This document shows, in pieces, positions 27,500 to 40,500 of a stretch of DNA of 64,000 bases. The stretch comes from the human T2T-CHM13v2.0 reference genome, Homo sapiens. Both the position numbers and the translations under genes were made by a program. The stretch lies in NCBI RefSeq assembly GCF_009914755.1, contig NC_060948.1. One strand, 5' to 3'. The stretch's first letter is position 1; each line of letters starts with the position of its first letter. The notes beneath the pieces were generated by a model. That model was given only the letters and a program-made list of their open reading frames with translations. It was not told where the DNA came from and made no database searches.

Positions 27500-29430
27500 G
27501 AATGGAATAAAACCGATTTGAATGATATGGATTGCAATGTAATTGATTTGAATAGAATGGATTCAAATGGAATGTAATCAAATGGATTGGAATGGTAAGA
27601 AATGGAATGGAATAGAATGGAATGCAATAAAGGGGAATGGAGTGGAATCGAGTGGAGTAGAATGGAGTGTAATTTAATCAAATGGAATAGAATTGTATGG
27701 AATGGTATCAAACGGCATGGACTGGAATTGAATGGAATGTAATAGATTGGAATGGAATGGAATGGCACGGACTAGAATGCAGTGGACTCGAATGCAATTG
27801 ACTGGAACAAAACGGAATCGGACAGATGGGAATCGAACCTAACTGAATTGAATGGAATGGAATGGAAAGGACTCAAATGGAATGGAGTCGAATAGAAAGG
27901 ATCCAAGTGGTATGGAATCGAATGGAATGGAATTGAATGGAATCGAAAGGAATAGAATGAAATGGAGTGTAATGGAAAGACATCAAATGGAATGTAATGG
28001 ACTCGAATGGAATGGAGTTGAATGGAATGAAATTGAAAGGAATGGAATTGAATGGAATGGAAGTGAACAGAAACGAAAGGAATAGAATCGAATGGAGTGA
28101 AATGGAAAGATATCGAATAAAAAGGAATGGAATGGAATGGACTGGAATGGAATGGACTGGAGAGGATTGTACTCGAATGGAAAGGAAATGAATGGAAAGG
28201 AATAGAATGGAATGGAATGGAATTGGATGGAACGGAATGGAATGGAACGGAATGGAATGGAATGGAATGGAATGGAATGGAATGGAATGGAATGCAGTCG
28301 AGTGGAATAGAATCGAATGGTACGGCATCAGATGGAATGGAATGGGCTTGAATGGAATGGACTCGAATGGAGCAGAATTGAAAGGAATGTCATCGAATGG
28401 ACTGCAATGGAATGGCATGGAATGAAATGTAATGGACTCGAAAGGAATGGTCTCGAACGCAATTTATTCGAATAGAATGGAATTGAATGGAATGCAACAG
28501 TGTGGAATGGAATCGAAAGAACTGGAATCGAATGGAATGGAACAGAATGGATTGGAGTGGAATAGAATGGGCTCGAATGTAATAGAATGTAACGTAATTG
28601 ATTTGAAAGGAAGGGAATCTAAAGTAATGTAATCAAATGGAATGGAATGTAATGCAATGAAAGGGAGTAGAATGAAACGCAATGGAATGGAACTGAGTGG
28701 AATCTAGTGGAATGGAATCTAGTGGAATGAAATTGAATAGAGTGGAATCAAATGGAATGGAGTGGAATGGAATGGACTCGAAGAGATTAGACTGGAATGA
28801 ATTGGAATCGATTGGATTGGAATCTAACGGAACGGAATGGAATGGAATGGACTCGAATGGAAAGGAGTATAATGAAATGGAACCGAATGGAATTGAATCG
28901 AAAGAATGAGAGTGAATTGAATAGAAAGAGACAGAATGGAATGGAGTGTAATGAAAAGATATCGAATGGAATGGACTCGAAAGGAAAGGAGAGGAATATA
29001 ATGGACAGGAGTTGAATGAACTTGAACGGAATGGAAAGGAGTTCCATGGAATGGAATGAAATGGAGAGGGAAGGAATAGAATGAAATGGAATCGAATGGA
29101 ACGGAATGGAATGGAATGGAGTCGAATGGAACAGAATCGAATGGAATGACATCGAATATAATGGAATGGAACAGAACGGAAATTAATCAAATGGAATGGA
29201 ATCAAGTGGAATGGATTGAATGGAATGGCATCGAATGGAATTGAATTTAATGAAATGGAATGGAATGGACACAAATGTAATGGACTTGAACGGAATAGAC
29301 ACAAACAGAATGGACTAGAAAGGAATGGACTCGAATGGAATTTATTCGAGTAGAAAGGAATCGAATAGAACGCAATAGTATAAAATGGAATCGAAAGTTA
29401 TGGTATCGAATGGAATGGACCAGAATTGAA
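27500..29430 (+). repeat. Old ~2 kb duplication, copy A (paralog at ~32520-34560)
   Basis: Shares colinear rare variants with copy B: ATAAAGGGGA, GAGTGGAGTAGA, GGAGAGGATT, GGCATCAGATGG, GGAGCAGAATTG, AGTGGAATCTAGTGG, GAATCGAAAGAATGA, ATAGACACAAA, GGACTAGAAAGG, CCAGAATTGAATG. Boundaries are approximate. Confidence 0.75.
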
Positions 29431-32337
29431 TGTACTGGAATACAATGGACACCAATGGAATGGACTTCAATGTCATGGAATCGAATGGAATGCAATCGAA
29501 TGGAATAGAATGGAATGCCATGGAATGCCATGGAATGGAATAGAATGGAATGCAATGGAATGGAACGGAGTGGAATCGTGTGGAATGGAATTGAATGAAA
29601 TGGAATCGAATGGAATGGAATCAAATGCTATCGACTGGAATGGACTGGACTCGAATGGAATTATTTGGAACACACTGGAATGAAAAGTATTGGAATCGAA
29701 TGATGCAAAGTGGAATGGAATGGAATGGAAAGAAACGCTATCGGCTCGATTGGAATGAAACCGAAAGAAATGGAATCAAACATAATGGAATTAAACGGAA
29801 TTGAAAGGAACAGAAAAGAATGGAGTGTAATATAAAGAAATCGAATGGAATGGAATGGAATGGAATGGAATGGAATGGAATGGAATGGACTCGAATGGAA
29901 TGGACAAGAATGGAATGGACTCAAATGGAATTGACTGTAGTGGAATGGACTTGAATGGAATGGAAACGAATGGAATGGAATGGAATGGAATGGAATGGAA
30001 TGGAATGGAATGGAATAGAAAGGATTAGAATGGAATGGATTCGGATGGAACAGAATGGAATGGAATGGAAAAAAATTGAACAGAAACGCATGGAATGGCA
30101 TCAAATGGAAAGGAAGGCAATGGAATCAACTCACATGGAATGCAAAAGACTGGAATAGAATCGAATGGAATGCCATCGAATGGAATGGAACGGAATGGAA
30201 TCCAACGGAAATCAATGGAATGGACACAAATGTAAAGGACTCGAATGGAATGGACTCAAATAGAATGGACTCGAAAGGAATTTTTTCAAATGGAATTTAT
30301 ACAAATAGAATGAAATCTAATGGAATGCAATAGTATGAAATGGAATCCAATGGAATGTAATCGAATGGAATGGACTGGAATGGAAGGGACTGGAATACAA
30401 TGGAATGGAATGGAATGGATTGCAATGTAATTGAATGGAATGGAATGGAAACGAATGGAATGTAATCACATGGAATGGAATTGAATGGAGTAGAATGGAA
30501 TTCAATGGAATAGAATGGAGTGGAATTGAAAGGAATGGAATCCAAAGAAATGGACTGGAATGGAATGGACTGAAACAAAATGGAAACCACCGGATTGGAA
30601 TGGAAGGGAACAGAATGGAATAGAACGCAAAGGAATGGACTCGAATGGAATGCAGTCGAATTTAATGGAACTGAATAGAATGGAATTGAATGGAATCAAA
30701 AGAATAGAATGCAACTTAGTGTAATGGAAAGATATAGAGTGTAAAGGAAAGATATCGAATGTATTAGAATGGAATGGACTCGAATGGAATGTAATGGAAT
30801 GGAACACACTCGAATGGAATGGACTGGAGTGGAATGGACTTGAACGGAATGGAAACGAATGGAATTAAACGGAAAGGACTGGAATGGAATGGAAAGGAAT
30901 AGAATGGAATGAAATCGGAAGGAACGTAACGGAATGGAATGGAGTTGAAGGTAATACAGTCGAATGAAAAGCATTGAATGGAATGGAAAGGAATGGAATC
31001 GACTCGAATAGAATGGAAACGAATGGAATGGAATAGAGTGGAATGGAATCGAATGGAGTGGAATACAATGGAATGGAAAGGAATTGAATGGAAAGGAATA
31101 CAAAGGAATGAAATGGGATGGAAGGGAAATGGAATGGAATGAAGTCGAATGGAATATAAACGAATGGAATGGCATCGAATGGAATGGAATGAAATGGAAC
31201 GGAATAGAATGGCCTCGAATTGAACGGATTCGAATGCAATAGAATACGATAGAATGGCATTGAATGGAATGGAATGGAACCAAATGGAATGGACTCGAAT
31301 GGAATGGACTCAAATAGAATGCACTCGAAAGAAAGGATCTCGAATGGAATTCATTCAAATAGAATGTAATCGAATTTAATGTAATAGTATGGAATGGAAT
31401 CAAATGGAATGGAATCGAATGGAATAAAATAGAATGGAATGGAAGGGAATAGAACGGACTCGAATGTACTGGATTGCAATGTATTTGATTCGAATGTAAT
31501 GGAATCTAATGGAAAGTAATCAAATAGAATGGAATGGAATAGAATGGAGTGCAATGCAATAGAATGGAGTTGAATCGAGTGGAATGGAATCAAATGGAAT
31601 GGACTGGAATGGAAAGGACTCGAATGGAATTTACTGGAACAAAATGGAATGGAATGGAAAGGAATGGAATGGAGTGCAGTGGAATGGACACGAATGGAAT
31701 GGAGTCTAATGGAATGAAACCGAATGGAATGTAATTGAATCAAATTGAAAGGTATAGAATGAAATGGAAAGTAATGGGAAGATCGAATGTAATGGTTTGG
31801 AAAGGACTCAAATGGAATGGACTGGAAAGGAATGGAATCAAATGGAATGGAATGGAGTGGAATGGACTCGAATGGAATGATAACGAATTGAATGGAATGG
31901 AAAGGAATGGAATGGAATGGAAAGGAATAGAATGGAATGAAATTGGATGGAATGAAATGGAATCGAATGGAATAGAATCAAATGGAATGGCATTGAATGG
32001 AATGGAATGGAATCGAATGGAATAGAAACGAATGGAATGCAATGCAATGGAAAGGAAAAGAATGGAAAGGAATGGGATGAAATGGAATGGAATGGAATGG
32101 AATGGAATGGAATGGAATGGAATGGAATGGAATGGAATGGAATGGAGTTGAATCGAATAAAATCGAATGGAATGGTTTCGAATGGAATGGAATGGTATGG
32201 ATTGGTATGGACTCCAATGGAATGGACTTGAATGGAACAGCATAAAAGGGAATGACATCGAATGGATTTTAATGGAACAGAATGGACCCAAATATAATGG
32301 ACTCGAATGAATGGACTCAAACGTAATGCACTCTAAA

Positions 32338-32352
32338 GGAATTTTCTCGAAT
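32338..32352. promoter_or_regulatory. Perfect 3-unit heat shock element consensus match (nGAAnnTTCnnGAAn); function unproven
   Basis: gGAAttTTCtcGAAt, at the same monomer position as the 25950 match. It is a sequence match only. Confidence 0.3.
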
Positions 32353-32519
32353 GGAATTTATTCAAATAGAATGGAATTGAATAGAATGCAGTAGTATGGA
32401 ATGGAATCGAAAGGAATGGTATCAAATGGAATCAAGTTGAATGGAATCGAATGGAATGAAATAGTATGGAATGGAATCGAACGTACTGTACCAGAATGGA
32501 ATGGAATGGGATAGAACCG

Positions 32520-34560
32520 ACTCGAATGAAATGCATTGCAATGTAATTTATTTCAATGCAATGCATTCAAATGGAATGTAATAAAATGGATTAGAATGGT
32601 AAGCAATGGAATGGAATAGAATTAAATGCCATAAAGGGGAACGGAGTGGAATCGAGTGGAGTAGAGTCGAGTGTAATGGAATCGAATTGAATGGAATCAT
32701 ATGGAATGGTATCAAATGGCATGGACTGGAATCGAATGGAGTGTAATCGAATGGCATGGACTGTAATGGAATGCACTCGAATGGAATGGACTGGTACAAA
32801 ATGGAATCAAACAGATTGTAATCAAATGGAATAGAATGGAATGGATTGGAATACAATGGACACGAATGGAATGCAGTCGAATGGAAAGGAACCGAATGGA
32901 ATGGAATGGAATCGAATGGAATGGAATTGAATAGAATCGAAAGGAATAGAATGGAATAGAGTTTAATGGAAACATAACAAACGGAATGGAATGGACTCAA
33001 ATGGAATGGAGTCGGTTTCAATGAAATCAAATGGAATGGACATGAATGTAATGGAATTGAATAGAATCGAAAGGAATAGAATCAAATGGAGTGTAATGGA
33101 AAGATATCAAAAAGAAAGGAATGGAATGGAATGGAATGGAATGGAATGGAATGGAATAGACTGGAATAGAATGGACTGGAATGGAATGGCCTGGAGAAGA
33201 TTGGACTCGAATGGAATGGTATGGACTGGATTGGAGTAGACCGCAATGGAATGGACTGGAATGGAATGGACTGGAGAGGATTGGACTCAAATGGAAAGGA
33301 AATGATTGGAATGGAAAGAATGGAAAGGAAAGGAATAGAACGGAATGGAATTGGATGGAACGGAATGGAACAGAATGGAATCGAATGGAAAAGAATCTAA
33401 TGGAATGGCATCAGATGGAATGGAATGGAATGGAATGGACTCGAATGGAATGGAATGGAATGGACCCAAATGGAGCAGAATTGAATGGAATGACATCGAA
33501 TGGATTGGAAAGCAATGGCCTGGAACCAAATATAATGGACTCGAATGGAATGGACTCAAATAGAATGGACTTGAAAGGAAAGGTTTTGAAAGCAATTTAT
33601 TCAAATAGAATGGAATCGAATGGAATGAATTAGTATGGAATGGAATCGAAAGAATTGTAATTGAATGGAATAGACCGGAATGGATTGGAGTGGAATAGAA
33701 CTGGCTCGAAAGTAAAAAAATGAAATCTAATTGATTTGAAAAGAATGGATTCGAATGTAATGTAATCAAATGGAATGGAATGGAATAGAATGGAATGCAA
33801 TGGAATGGAACTTAGTGGAATCTAGTGGAATGGAACGGAATGCAATGACATTGAATGGAATGGAATGGAGTGGAATGGAATGGAATGGATTGGAATGGAT
33901 TGGACTGGAAAAATATGAAATTGATCAGATTGGAATCGAATGGAACAGTATGTTATGGAATGGAATGGAACGGAATGGACTCTGTTGGAATGGAATATAA
34001 TAGAATGGAACCAAATGGAAATGAATCGAAAGAATGAAAGTGTATGGAGTAGAAAGGGATAGAATGGAATGGAGTGTAATGAAAAGATATCGAATGGAAA
34101 GCAATGGAATGGAATGGACTCGAAAGTAAAGGACTGGAATGGAATGCATTGGAGTTGAATGGACTCGAATGGAATGGAAAGGAGGGCGGTGGAAAGGAAT
34201 GAAATGGAATGAGAAGGAATAGAATGGAATGGAAAGGAATGGAACAGAATGGAATGGAATGCAGTCAAATGGAATAGAATCAAAAGGAATGACATTGAAT
34301 ATAAAGGAACGGAAAGAAATTTAATCGAGTGGAATGGACTCAAGTGGAATAGAATTGAATGGAATATCATCGAATGGAATGGAATGGAATGGAATGGAAT
34401 GGAATGGACCCAAATGTAATGGACTCGGACAGAATAGACACAAATATAATGGACTAGAAAGGTAAGGTTTCGAATGGAATTTATTCGAATAGAATGGAAT
34501 CGAATGGAAAGCATTAGTATGGAATGGAATTGACTGGAATCCACCAGAATTGAATGGAAT
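32520..34560 (+). repeat. Old ~2 kb duplication, copy B (paralog at ~27500-29430)
   Basis: The same diagnostic variants occur in the same order at an offset of ~5.0-5.15 kb. Boundaries are approximate. Confidence 0.75.
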
Positions 34561-37500
34561 GGAATAGAACGGACTCGAACGTAATGGAATGCAATGCAAT
34601 TGATTTGAGTGGAATGGAATCCAATGGAAAATAATCAAATGGAATGGAAAGTTATACAGTGGAATGGAATAGAATGGAATGCAATGGAATGGAACCGAGC
34701 GAAATCCAGTGGAATGGAATTGAATATAATGGAATCAAATGGAATGGAATCGAATCAAATAGACTGGAATGGAATGCACTCGGAAGAATGGATGGGAAAA
34801 AAATGGAATCGAATGGAATGGACTCGACTGTAACGGAATGGAATGGCATTGAATGGACTCGAATGTAATGAAGTTGAATGGAATGGAATTGAAAAGAATG
34901 AAATCAAACTGAAAGGAATTGAATGGAATAAAAAAGAATAGAATGGAATGGAGAGTAATGGAAATATAACAAATGGAATGGACTGGAATGGAATGGACTC
35001 GAATGGAATGCACTGTAATGGAATGGACTCAAATGGTATCAGGCTGAGTGAAATGAACTCGAATGGAATGGAAACGATTGTAATGGAATGGAGTGGAATG
35101 GAATGGAAAGGAATAGAAAGGAACGGAATCGGATAGAATGGCATGAAATGGTATAGTGTTGAATGGAATAGAATCAAAAGGAATGGCATCAATTGGAATG
35201 GAATGGAAAGGAATGGACTCGAATGGAATGGACACTAAAGGAATAGTATCAAACAGAATGGCATTCAATGGAATGGAAAGCAACAGAATGGAATGGAATG
35301 GAATGGAATGGAATGGAATGGAATGGAATGGAATGGAATAGAATGGAATGGACACAAAAGTAATGGAATCAAATGAAATGGACTCAAATAGAATAGACTC
35401 GAAAGGAATGGTCTCAAAGGGAATTTCTTCGTATAGAATGGAATCAAAAGGAATGCAATAGTATGGAATAGAATGGAATGGAATGGAATCGAATGGAATG
35501 GAACAGAATGGAATGGACTGGGATAGAACAGACTCGAATATAATGGATAGCAAGGTAATTGTTTCGAGTGCCTTGGAATCAAATGCTATGTAATCAATTA
35601 GAAAGGAAAGGAATGCAATTGAGTGGAATATAAGGGAATAAAATAGAATGGAATGAAACGGAGTGGAATCGAGTGGAATGGAATTGAATGGAATGGAATC
35701 AAATGAAATATATTCGAATGGAATGGACTCGAACGGAAAAGATCAGAGCAAAATGGAATCGAACGGATTAATATCGAATGGAATGGAATTGAATGGAATG
35801 CAATCAAATGGAATGGAGTCGAATGGAATGGAATAGAACGGAATGAAATGGAATAGAATCGAAAGGAATATAATGGAATGGATTGTAATGGAAAGATATC
35901 AAATGGAATGGAATGGACCAAAACCGAATGGAATGGAATGGAATGGACTTGCATTGAATGGACTGGAGTGTAATGGACTCGTTTGGAAGGGAAAAGAATG
36001 GAATGGAAAGACATGGAATGTAAAGGAATAGAATGGAATGGGATTGGATGGAAGTTAATGGAATGGAATGGAGTCGAATGGAATAGAATCAAAAGCAATG
36101 GCATTGAATGGAATGGAAGGGAAAGGACTCGAATAGAATGAAATCAAATGGAAAAAAATCGAATGGAATAAAATCGAATGGAATAGAATGGAATGGAATG
36201 GACTCGAATGGAATGGAAAGTAATGGAATGGAATGAAATGGAATTGAAAGGAATAGAATGGAATGAAATTGGATGGAATGGAATGGAATGGAATCGAATG
36301 AAATGGCATCGAATGGAATGGAATGGAATGGAATGGAATGGAATGGAATGGAATGGACTCGAATGGAGTAGAATAGAATGGAATGGCTTTGAAATGAATG
36401 GAATGGAATGCAATGGAATGGAAGGAAATGGAACCAAATGTAATGGACTCAAATGGAAAGGACTCAAATATAATGGACTCGAAAGGCATAGTCTCGAATG
36501 GAATTTACTCTAGTAGAATGGAATGAAATGTAAAGCAATCGTATGTAATGGAATCGAACGGAATGGAGTAGAATGCAATGGATGAGAATGGAAAGGACTG
36601 GAATAGAATGGAGGCGAATGTAATGGATTGCAATGTAATTCACTTCAATATAATGGAATCGAATGTAATCAAAGGTAATCAAATGGAATGCAATTGAATG
36701 GAATAGAGTGGAATGCAATATAATGGAATAAAGTGGATTCGAATGGACTGGAATCGAATGGAATGGAATCGAATGGAATGGAATCAAATGGATTGGACTG
36801 GAATCTAATGGACTCGAATGTAATAGCCTGGAACAAAATTGAATCGAACGGATTGGAAACGATCGGAACAGAACGGATTGGAATGGAAAAGAATGGACTC
36901 GAATGGAATGGAGTCCAGATCAATGGAACCGAATGGAATGGAATTGGATGGAATCAAAACGAATAGAATGGAATGGAGTGTCTTGGAAAGATAACGAATA
37001 GAATGGAATGGAATGGAATGGACTAGAATGGAATGTACTGGAATGGAGTCGATTCAAATGGCATGGATTGTAGTGGAATGGAGTCGAACGGAACGGAAAC
37101 TAAATGAATGGCATGGAAAGGAATAGAATGGAATAGAATCAGATGGAACGGATTGGAATGGAATGGAGTCGAACGGTATAGAATCGAATGGAATGGCATC
37201 AAATCGAAAGGAATTGAATGGACTCGACTGGAATAGAATAGAATGGAATGGCAACGGATGGAAAGGAATGAAATGGAATTTAGTGGAATGGAACGGAATG
37301 GAAACAAATCTAATTGACTCAAAAGAATGGACTCAAATAGAATGCAATCGAAAGAAATGGTCTCGAATGGAATTTATTCGAATAGAATGGAATCGAATGG
37401 AATGCAATACTATGGAATCGAATAAAATGGAATGGAATCGAATGGAATGGACCGGAATTGCTTGGAGTGGAATAAAGCAGACTCGAATGTAATCAATTGC

Positions 37501-40500
37501 AATATAATTGATTTGAAAGGAAAGGAATCGAATGGAATATAATTAAATTGAATGCAATAGAATGCAATGAATGGAATAGAATGGAAAGCAATTGAATGGA
37601 ATGTAGTGGAATCGAGGGCAATGAAATCAAATGAAAGGGAATCGAACGGAATGGAATCAAATGGAGTGGACAGGAATGGAATGGACTCGAATGGAATTGA
37701 CTGGAACAAAATGGAATTCATCAGATTGGAATCGAATGGAACGGAGTGGAACAGAATGGAATGGACTCGATTTCAATGAATTAGAATGGAATGGACCCGA
37801 ATGGAATTGAATCAAATGGAATTGAATTGAATGGATTTGAAACGAATAGAATAGAATGAACTTTAATGAAAAGATATCAAATCGAAAGTAATGGAATGGA
37901 ATGGACTCATTTAGAATGGACTGGAAAGGAATGTACATGAGTGGAATGGACTCGAATGGAATGGAAAGGAATGGAATAGAAAGGAATAGAATGGAAAGGA
38001 ATCGGATGGAACTTAAAGGAATGGAAAGGAGTCGAATGCAATAGAATCGAATGGAATGGCATCGAATGGAATGGAATTGAATGGAGAACACTCGAATGGA
38101 TTGGACTCGAATGGAATAGAATCGAATAGAATGGCTCGAATGGAATAGAATGGAATGGAATGGAATGGACTCGAATTGAATGGAAGCGAATGGAATGGAA
38201 TGAAATACAATGGAAAGGAATAGAATGGAATGTAATCGGATGGAACGGAATGGAATGGAATGGAGTCGAATGGAATAGAATCAGATGGAATGGAATGGAA
38301 TGGAGTCCAATGGAATAGAGTTAAATGGTATGGCATTGAATGGAATAGAATAGAATGGAATGGCATTGAAAGGATTGGAATGGAATGGAATGGAATGGAA
38401 TGGAATAGAATGACACAAATGTAATGGATTCGACTGGAACAGACTGAAATAGAATGGACTCGAAAGGTATGGATTCGAATGGAATTTAATCGAATAGAAT
38501 GGAAACGAAAGGAAAGCAACAGTATGGAATGGTATCAAATGGAATGGACTGGAATGGAATGGACTGGAATAGAACAGACTCGAACTTATTGGATTGCAAT
38601 TTAATTGATCTGAAAGGAATTGAATCGAATGGAATGTAACCAAACGGAATGCAATGAAATGCAATTGAATGGAATAGAATGGAATTCAATGGAATGGAAC
38701 GGAGTGGAATCGAGTGGAATGGAATCAAATGAAATGGAATCGAATGGAATGGAATCAAATGGAATGGACTGGAATGGAACAGACTCGAATGTAACGGACT
38801 GGATAAAATGGAATCGAACAGATTGGAATCGTATAGAACTGAATTAAATGGAATGGAATAGAATGGACTTGAGCGCAATTGAGTCGAATGGAATGGAACT
38901 GAATGGAATGTAATTGAATGGAATCCAAAGGAATAGAATAGAATGGAATGTCATGGAAAGATATCAAATGGAATGGAATGGACCCGAATGGAAAGGACTG
39001 TAATGGAGTGGACTCGAATGGAATGGACTAGAGTGGAAAGGACTCGAATGAAATGGACTAGAGTGGAAAGGACTCGAATGGAATGGAAACGAATGGAATG
39101 GAATGGAAAGGAGTAGAATGGAATGGAATCAGATGGAACGGAATTGAATGGAATAAAGTCGAATGGAATAGTATCGAATGGAAAGAAATCGAATGGAATG
39201 GAATAGAAAGAAACGGAATGAAATGGACTCGAGTGAAAAGGACTTTAATGGAACAGAGTCAAATGGATTGCCATCGAATGGAATGAAAGGAATGGAATGG
39301 AACGGAATGGAAGGAACCAAAACGTAAAGGAATCGAATGAAACGGACTCAAACAGAATGGACTCAAAAGGAATGGTCTAAAATAGAATTTATTCGAACAG
39401 AATGGAATGGAAAAGAGTGCAATAGTATGGAATGGAATCAAATGGAATGGAATCGAACAGAATCGACCGGAATGGAATAGACTGGAATAGAAAGCACAGG
39501 AATGTAATGGATTGAAATGTAATTGATGTGAACTCCTTGGAATTGAATGGAATGTAATCAAATGGAACGGAATGTAATGCAATGGAATGAAATAGAATGG
39601 AATGCCATGGAATAGAACGGAGTGGAATCGAGTTGAATGGAAATGAATGGATTCGAAACAAATGGAATGGAATAGAATGGAATGAACTGGCATGGAATTG
39701 ACTCGAAAGGAAAGGACAGGAAAAAAATGGTATCGAACGGATTAGAATTGAACGGAAAGGAATGGAATGGAATGGAATGGAATGGAATGGAATGGAATGG
39801 AATGGATTCGAATGGAATGGAGTCAAATGGAATGCAATCGAATGGAAATGAATCGTACAGAATGGAATTGAATGGAATCAAAAGGAATAGAATGAAATGG
39901 AGTGTAACAGAAAGATATCGAATGGAATGGAATGGAATGGAATGGATTTAAATGGAGAGGCCTGGAATGGAATGTACTCGAATGGATTGGACTGGAATGC
40001 AATAGACTAGAACGGAATGCTCTGGAGTGCAATGGACTCTAACGGAACAGAAAAGAATTGAATGGAATGGAATGGAAAGGAACAGAATGGAAATGATTAT
40101 AATGGGATGGAATCGAATGTAACAGAATGGAAAGTAATGGAGGTGAATGGAATAGAATCCAATGGAATCGTATTGAATGGCATGAAATGGAATGGAATTG
40201 AATTGACTCGAATGGAATGGACCCAAATATAATGGACTCAAAAGGAATGGACTCAAATAGAAAGGACATGAAAGGAAAGGTCTTTAATGGAAATTTTTCG
40301 AATAGAATGGAATCGAATGGAGTGCAATAGTATGGAATGGGATCGAATGGAATAGAATCAAATGGAATGGACCAAAATGGATTGGACTGGAATGGAACGG
40401 ACGCAAATGTTATGGATTGCAATGTTATTGATTCGAATGGAATAGAATCGAATGTAAAGTAATCAGAAGAAAAAGAAAGGAATGAAATAGAATGGAAAAC

